DNA of 64,000 nucleotides from Bacillota bacterium (GTDB lineage Bacteria; Bacillota_I; Bacilli_A; RF39; UBA660): NCBI GenBank assembly GCA_015059335.1, contig SVAP01000001.1, positions 66,244 to 130,243 of the forward strand, read 5' to 3'. Shown piece by piece: positions 58,815 to 64,000 of this stretch (position 1 is its first letter; each line of letters starts with the position of its first letter). The notes under the pieces were generated by a model. It saw only the letters and a program-made list of their open reading frames with translations, ran no database searches and was not told where the DNA came from. The position numbers and the translations under genes were made by a program.

Positions 58815-59405
58815 ATGATTGGCTCTTTTCTTATACTATTTGGAATAGGTTTTATATTTGTTGATTGGTATAAAGATTTTAAAAAAGAAAAAAATGATGT
58901 TGAACTTGTAAATATATTCTTTGAAAATAATAATTTAAATCCTACAAAGGAGGAAGTAAAAGAAAATAAGGAAACACTTGTTGATAAATCTGTGGAAAAC
59001 TATATAGGCATTTTAGAAATACCAAAAATATCATTTAAAAGAGGTCTAGTTGATATAGATTCTAAAAGAAATAATGTAAAATACAATATTCAAATAATCA
59101 AACCATCAGATATGCCTAATATTGAAAATGGTAATTTAATATTAGCAGGTCATTCAGGAACTGGATATAATGCTTTTTTTAAAGATCTAGATAAACTACA
59201 AATTGGTGACTATTCTCATATTTATTATAAAAACGAAAAATACACCTACCATGTTGTAAATATATATGAAGTTGAAAAAAATGGAACAGTACTAATAAAA
59301 AGGAATACTGAAAAGACAGTATTAACAATGATTACTTGTAGTGAGACTGATAAAACAAAACAAATTGTTATAATATCTGAACTTACAAGTAAAGAAAAAT
59401 ATTAG
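58815..59405 (+). CDS. sortase-family transpeptidase (dedicated)
   Basis: N-terminal TM; LAGHSG (catalytic His region) and VLTMITC (TLxTC Cys motif); start uncertain (58761, 58776 or 58815). Confidence 0.6.
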   Translation: MIGSFLILFGIGFIFVDWYKDFKKEKNDVELVNIFFENNNLNPTKEEVKENKETLVDKSVENYIGILEIPKISFKRGLVDIDSKRNNVKYNIQIIKPSDMPNIENGNLILAGHSGTGYNAFFKDLDKLQIGDYSHIYYKNEKYTYHVVNIYEVEKNGTVLIKRNTEKTVLTMITCSETDKTKQIVIISELTSKEKY

Positions 59406-59481
59406 GAGGAATTAAACTATATTAATATTAAATGTAACACAAGTAGAACAAAAATGGTATCTTGATGTTTTCAGAAATGTT

Positions 59482-60774
59482 ATGTGGGGAATCGCTAAAG
59501 GTCTATTATGGTTTTTAGATGGTTTCTTTAATATCATTGATGGCATTTGGAGATACAAATTTTTTGATAACGAGTATGTTAATAAAATATTTGGTGGTGC
59601 AATAATTGTTGCTAGTAGTTGGTTAGTTTTAAAAGTAGTATTAGAACTAATTATGAATTTTATTGTTAAAAATGATGGAAAAGGTTCCCCACTAACTATT
59701 TTTAAAGGTACAGTATTAGCAATTGTTATGATGTTTTCAATTACACCACTATTTCAATTTGGTCACGACTTTTCAACTGCTCTTACTGATTCTGTTATAG
59801 AAGTTTCAGGTATTGGAAACGATTCGCAAGAAAACGCAATATCTGATGCATTAATACGAACGATGGTATATAATGAAGAAACCAAACCAGATGATAAGGA
59901 ATATTTAGTGTCTAATTGGAAAACTATTGATATAAATGAAACCGAGGGTGGAATTGTAGGTGTCGGTGATTGCTACTTATACTCTTTAAATTTCTTTATG
60001 TTAATAGTTTTATCTTTTGTAACTATATTTCTATTATTCTTTGTTGCAATACAAATGGGAAAAAGGGTTATGGAAATTGCTTTATTCAAAATAATAGCCC
60101 CCTTTTGTTGCACAAGTCTTACATCAGGTCAGTCAAAATCATTTGAAACATGGACTAAAAGTACAATGGGATTATTTCTAATCACTGTAGTTCAGTTTGT
60201 ATGTTTGGGATTACTTATTAATATGTTTGGTACTGCAATTCAAGATAATGGAACATTAACTGGAATCTTTTTAATTATTGGTGCATTATTATTTATAATT
60301 TCAACACCTACAATTGTAAGTAGTTTATTAGGTCAGCAATCTGGTATGATGACAGCATTTGGTGACATTCAATCTCTTATGGCATTAGGTCAGGGTGTAT
60401 CTTCAGGAATGGGACTAGCTAAAGCAGGAACAATGTCTGCACTATCAATGGGAACCAATGTAATTGGTGGTGGAATATCTAAAGGAGGAGGTATGGCATC
60501 AAATATGTTTAAGAAAAAGAATAGTTTAACAGAAGAACAAATGACACAAGTAAAAGAAAGTATTTCTAATCATAATCCACACAAAGCTTTTCAACAAGTA
60601 CAAGATGGATTAACTCAAAATAAAAATAAGGGAAAAAGTAATAATATTATGAATATGACTAATTCAAATCCTTTTACTCAACCATTTAATATGAGATATA
60701 ATCCAATGAGAAATCAATATATGAGTCAGTCAGGATTAGAAGCTAATAGCAACTTTGACAGGAAGTGGTATTAA
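59482..60774 (+). CDS. polytopic membrane protein, VirB6/TrbL-like T4SS channel candidate
   Basis: 430 aa, at least 6 TM helices, Gly-rich hydrophilic tail; upstream of VirB3/VirB4-like genes. Confidence 0.45.
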   Translation: MWGIAKGLLWFLDGFFNIIDGIWRYKFFDNEYVNKIFGGAIIVASSWLVLKVVLELIMNFIVKNDGKGSPLTIFKGTVLAIVMMFSITPLFQFGHDFSTALTDSVIEVSGIGNDSQENAISDALIRTMVYNEETKPDDKEYLVSNWKTIDINETEGGIVGVGDCYLYSLNFFMLIVLSFVTIFLLFFVAIQMGKRVMEIALFKIIAPFCCTSLTSGQSKSFETWTKSTMGLFLITVVQFVCLGLLINMFGTAIQDNGTLTGIFLIIGALLFIISTPTIVSSLLGQQSGMMTAFGDIQSLMALGQGVSSGMGLAKAGTMSALSMGTNVIGGGISKGGGMASNMFKKKNSLTEEQMTQVKESISNHNPHKAFQQVQDGLTQNKNKGKSNNIMNMTNSNPFTQPFNMRYNPMRNQYMSQSGLEANSNFDRKWY

Positions 60775-61049
60775 TGTATCTTATACCTAAAAACATAAAA
60801 ATTAAAAGAGAAATATTTAAGGGTTTTGGATTAATTGAATTATTTGCTATGGCATTAAGTTTAGGTATAGGTTTTTTATTAACTTATTTAAGTAAGGAAT
60901 ATCAAACTAAAATATTGCTATTCTCTATTCTGCCACTTACTACTTTTATTCTATTAATCCCCTTACCAAATGGAAGTACAGCTCTTAAAATATTATTAAA
61001 GTTTATAAAATATAGAATTAGACAACAAAATTATAAATTAAAAAATTAA
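60765..61049 (+). CDS. small two-TM protein, VirB3/PrgI-like
   Basis: 94 aa, two TM helices; its position preceding the VirB4-like ATPase matches Gram-positive T4SS order. Confidence 0.45.
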   Translation: MVLMYLIPKNIKIKREIFKGFGLIELFAMALSLGIGFLLTYLSKEYQTKILLFSILPLTTFILLIPLPNGSTALKILLKFIKYRIRQQNYKLKN

Positions 61050-61138
61050 TCGACTTGCAAAAAGTGTCGAAAATCAAAAGTTTTGCAAGTTGACTTTCAA
61101 AACTTTTCAAATTATAAAAATTATAAGGAGGAATTTAC

Positions 61139-61534
61139 ATAAATACAGAAAATGATAAAAAGGAATTTAAATTTAAAGGAAAAGATTTATATCTTACTAT
61201 TACTCAATACCTAAATAATAATCGTCTTGCTATATTGTGTGAAACTAAAGATGATTTATATTGTGATTTAACAATTAATCTCTCTAATTCTCATATTTTT
61301 CCAATTAATATCAATGAAGCTCATATATCTGAAATATCTAAATCCTGTGGATTAGAAAAAGCATTATTAGATGCAGGAATTATTAAAGAGATTATTTGTA
61401 ATGAACAATATAATATGGGAAAATATGACTTTGTATCATTCGATATGGAAAAATTAAAAGAATATGATCCTGTTGGATTTGAAAAATATATGAATTCAGT
61501 TGAGTATGAAATAAAAAATATTCATAAAATATAA
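61139..61534 (+). CDS. hypothetical protein A (paralogue of next gene); start likely non-AUG
   Basis: reading frame open from 61127 with no ATG/GTG near SD TATAAGGAGGAATT; in-frame ATA 7 nt after AGGAGG; N-terminal extension is homologous to the paralogue, so it is coding. Confidence 0.45.
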   Translation: MNTENDKKEFKFKGKDLYLTITQYLNNNRLAILCETKDDLYCDLTINLSNSHIFPININEAHISEISKSCGLEKALLDAGIIKEIICNEQYNMGKYDFVSFDMEKLKEYDPVGFEKYMNSVEYEIKNIHKI

Positions 61535-61546
61535 GGAGGAATTATT

Positions 61547-61897
61547 ATAAAAAGAAAGAAAATTAGATTTAATAACAAAAACTATTTCATAGGAGTATAT
61601 ACATATGATAATAATAGACTTCGTTTAAAAATAGAAGCTAAAAAAGAAAGTCACGATATTACAATTGATTTAAAAGATTGTTATGTAGACAACAAACATA
61701 TTTTATTAGACCCTGTTGTAACTCAAAATGGATTATTAAAAATATTAAAGAAATCAAGAATAATAAAAGAGATAGTAAGTTCAACTAAATATGGTTATGT
61801 ATCAATACCTGTCGCAACAGTTAATATGGGAATTTTAAAACAATATGATTATGATGGTGTTATGAAGCACTTAAATAAATTCTATTTTGGTGGTTAA
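61547..61897 (+). CDS. hypothetical protein B (paralogue of A); start likely non-AUG
   Basis: identical leader TATAAGGAGGAATT; frame open directly after the stop of A; in-frame ATA 7 nt after AGGAGG; shared motifs NNRL, GLLKIL/IIKEI. Confidence 0.45.
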   Translation: MKRKKIRFNNKNYFIGVYTYDNNRLRLKIEAKKESHDITIDLKDCYVDNKHILLDPVVTQNGLLKILKKSRIIKEIVSSTKYGYVSIPVATVNMGILKQYDYDGVMKHLNKFYFGG

Positions 61898-62128
61898 ATG
61901 GATAGATTAAAATTGTATGATGATATACTAACTATTAGTATAAATAAAAAAGATAAAATAAAATTTAAAAGAATAGCATTCAAAAATAAAATGACAATGT
62001 CAGAATTTAGTAGACTACTAATTAAAACTGCAATATTAATCAATGATTTAGATAAAAAAGAAATAGATACAATAAAGTCTACTACACAAATTGATAATAT
62101 AATATCTACTATTAGGAGGGATTCCTAA
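61898..62128 (+). CDS. hypothetical small protein (76 aa)
   Basis: ATG start; stop TAA overlaps the putative ATT start of the VirB4-like gene. Confidence 0.45.
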   Translation: MDRLKLYDDILTISINKKDKIKFKRIAFKNKMTMSEFSRLLIKTAILINDLDKKEIDTIKSTTQIDNIISTIRRDS

Positions 62129-64000
62129 TTTTTTTATTTAAAAGAAAAAACAAAAAATTACCTAAAATAATAAATGATTTTATTCCATTCCAAGATGTTT
62201 GGAATAATACAGTATATTTAGAAAATAATAAAATTGTTGGTGGTTTAAAAATTAATTCAATAAATCTTTATTTGTTGTTTGATGAAGAACAAAAAATAAA
62301 GGTTAGTGAACTTAAAAAAGTATTAAATTCTATTGATTATCCAATAAAAATATTTAGTATAGACAAACCTATTAATCTAGATAATAACCTAAATATATTA
62401 AATTCAAAAATCAAAAATGAAGAAAACAAAAACAAATCAAAGCTATTAGAAGAAGATTACAAATTCATTGAAGATTTAAATAATAAAAAATCGGTAGTTA
62501 ATAGAGAGTTTTATTTAGTTATTGAAGAAACTGCAGATAATGAAAATATATTAAAACAAAAGATTAATGATTTAATACAAGAATTTACTGCTATGGGGTT
62601 ATCTAGTACTCAGATTACTAGTGAAGAATGGCGTGAACTTTTATATGTTGTTTTAAATCCTGTTAATTCGCTTGAAAATTTCAAAAAAGATGGTACAGGT
62701 ATTACAAGGTCATTTAAAGATAAAATTGCCCCAAATGGTCTTAAAATTGGCGAAAGAGATGTAATTCTTGGTGATGCTTATATAAGTGTTCTTACTTTAA
62801 GGTTATATCCATCAATTGTAGATTGTGGATGGTTAGGTACAGTTGCTAATGTTAATCATACTCGTATGGTTATGACTATTACTCCAATGGATACATTAGA
62901 GATTAGTAATACAATTAAAAAAAGTATTTCAGAAGTTAAATCAAAAATGATTAATGTTAATGATTACAATGACCAAATCATTTTAAATAATCAATTGCAA
63001 GATTATACAGAGTTAGTAAATAGAATTGACCGAGAACATGAAAGATTCTCATTATTAACGGTTAATTTTCTGTGTTATGGTGAAACTCTAGAACAACTAA
63101 ACAAAACTAAAAAAGAATTAAAAAATACTTTATCTGCCTATGGTATGGGTGGAGCTGATTTAATGTTTGATCAGGAAAGGTCACTAAAAATGTGTTTGCC
63201 TACAATGTATAGAGATTTAGAAAAAAGTTTTGGACTACCTATTCCAATGATGACTACTTCAGCATCTTTCCCATTTATATTTCAAAATTTACAAGATGAT
63301 GGGGATTCAATGATGATTGGTACAGATTCACTTGGTAGTTTACTATTCTTTGATTTGTGGAAAAGAACTAATAAAAGAAATAATTCCAATGCTGTTATTA
63401 TTGGAAAAAGTGGTAGTGGTAAATCTACTCTATTAAAAAAACTAATTCGAGGTAACTGGTGCAGAGGAAGTAAGATTATAGTAATTGACCCTGAACGTGA
63501 ATATAAACATCTGTGTGAAAACGTTGGAGGAACTTGGATTGATTGTGGTACTGGAACTGCAGGAATAATTAATCCATTAGAAGTAAGAAAAAGTTCTGTT
63601 GATGAAGATGGATTGTTAGATAAGAAAAATATTAATAATGATTTATCAAGACATTTTCAAACTTTTAGGACATTTATAAAATATTACTTACAAGATTTAA
63701 ATGCTTATGAATTAACCAAAATTGAAGAAATATTAATTGAGGTTTATAAAGAAAAAGGAATTGACTTTAATACAGATTTATCTAAATTTAAAAGTAGTGA
63801 CTATCCTATAATGGAAGATTTATATAAAAAAGTAAATCAAACATTAAAAGATTCAAAGAAAAATCATGTGTCGCCTAATGTAATTGAATCATTAGAAAAA
63901 TTAAATTCAATGTTAAAAAGAGCTACCATAGGTGCTGATGCAAGAATATTTAATGGACATTCAAGTATTAATGTAGATGAAAATACTGACTTTATTGTTT
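62128..64000 (+). CDS. VirB4/PrgJ/TcpF-like T4SS ATPase (5' partial relative to window: runs off the end)
   Basis: Walker A GKSGSGKST, followed by IIVIDPEREY (VirB4/TraG AAA-like DUF87 pattern); frame opens after TAG at 62113; SD AGGAGG then ATT at 62128 with no in-frame canonical start for about 50 codons. Confidence 0.75.
   Translation, partial: MFLFKRKNKKLPKIINDFIPFQDVWNNTVYLENNKIVGGLKINSINLYLLFDEEQKIKVSELKKVLNSIDYPIKIFSIDKPINLDNNLNILNSKIKNEENKNKSKLLEEDYKFIEDLNNKKSVVNREFYLVIEETADNENILKQKINDLIQEFTAMGLSSTQITSEEWRELLYVVLNPVNSLENFKKDGTGITRSFKDKIAPNGLKIGERDVILGDAYISVLTLRLYPSIVDCGWLGTVANVNHTRMVMTITPMDTLEISNTIKKSISEVKSKMINVNDYNDQIILNNQLQDYTELVNRIDREHERFSLLTVNFLCYGETLEQLNKTKKELKNTLSAYGMGGADLMFDQERSLKMCLPTMYRDLEKSFGLPIPMMTTSASFPFIFQNLQDDGDSMMIGTDSLGSLLFFDLWKRTNKRNNSNAVIIGKSGSGKSTLLKKLIRGNWCRGSKIIVIDPEREYKHLCENVGGTWIDCGTGTAGIINPLEVRKSSVDEDGLLDKKNINNDLSRHFQTFRTFIKYYLQDLNAYELTKIEEILIEVYKEKGIDFNTDLSKFKSSDYPIMEDLYKKVNQTLKDSKKNHVSPNVIESLEKLNSMLKRATIGADARIFNGHSSINVDENTDFIV

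Noticed and set aside
1-64000. CRISPR arrays, rRNA genes, IS elements or transposases
   Set aside because: No regularly spaced 25-40-bp repeats with unique spacers, no rRNA-like conserved blocks and no DDE- or HUH-transposase-like ORFs were seen.

Overview
The window is AT-rich (about 27-28% GC) and densely coded, which fits a Clostridium-like Firmicute. I see three blocks. (A) Positions 1 to about 33,400 are a temperate phage-like region, entirely on the + strand. It runs from Cro/CI-like HTH regulators through a replication module (DnaD-like replisome organizer with an internal iteron pair, DnaB-family helicase, a translationally coupled small ORF and a 212-aa tyrosine recombinase) and a run of small early genes. 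Then come terminase small and large subunits, portal, scaffold, major capsid, an atypical tail and virion module, tail fibres with collagen-like and BspA-type LRR repeats, holin and an M15 endolysin. The tail module has no recognisable sheath, tube or frameshifted chaperone genes. It is dominated by a 2,121-aa protein that carries two HExxH motifs. Downstream cargo includes a MazF/PemK-like fusion, a LytTR-peptide pair and a truncated CwlJ/SleB fragment. (B) Positions 34,600-35,300 hold a complete tRNA-Trp(CCA) preceded by two degenerate copies of its 5' half. All three copies share the 12-nt core GGTCTCCAAAAC. I read this as an integration-site scar array lying between two mobile elements. 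(C) From position 35,300 to the window end is a second mobile element. It has an XRE repressor divergent from a roughly 13.3-kb rightward cargo island of 20 genes in three transcription units. Most of those genes are unknown, but the island includes a RelA/SpoT-type small alarmone hydrolase, an ADP-ribosylglycohydrolase, a JAB-like protein and a SIMPL protein. After the island come an ArpU-like regulator, an orphan beta-class DNA methyltransferase, a TasA-like/SipW fibre operon, a Cna-B-type surface adhesin with its own sortase, and Gram-positive T4SS genes (VirB6-like, VirB3-like, and a VirB4-like ATPase truncated by the window end). The T4SS genes appear to use non-AUG start codons. The best candidate for an undescribed system is the repressor-controlled cargo island, whose known domains point to an anti-defence or counter-toxin function (inference). 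No CRISPR array, rRNA or IS element was seen. Coordinates I derived by hand may be off by 1-2 nt.
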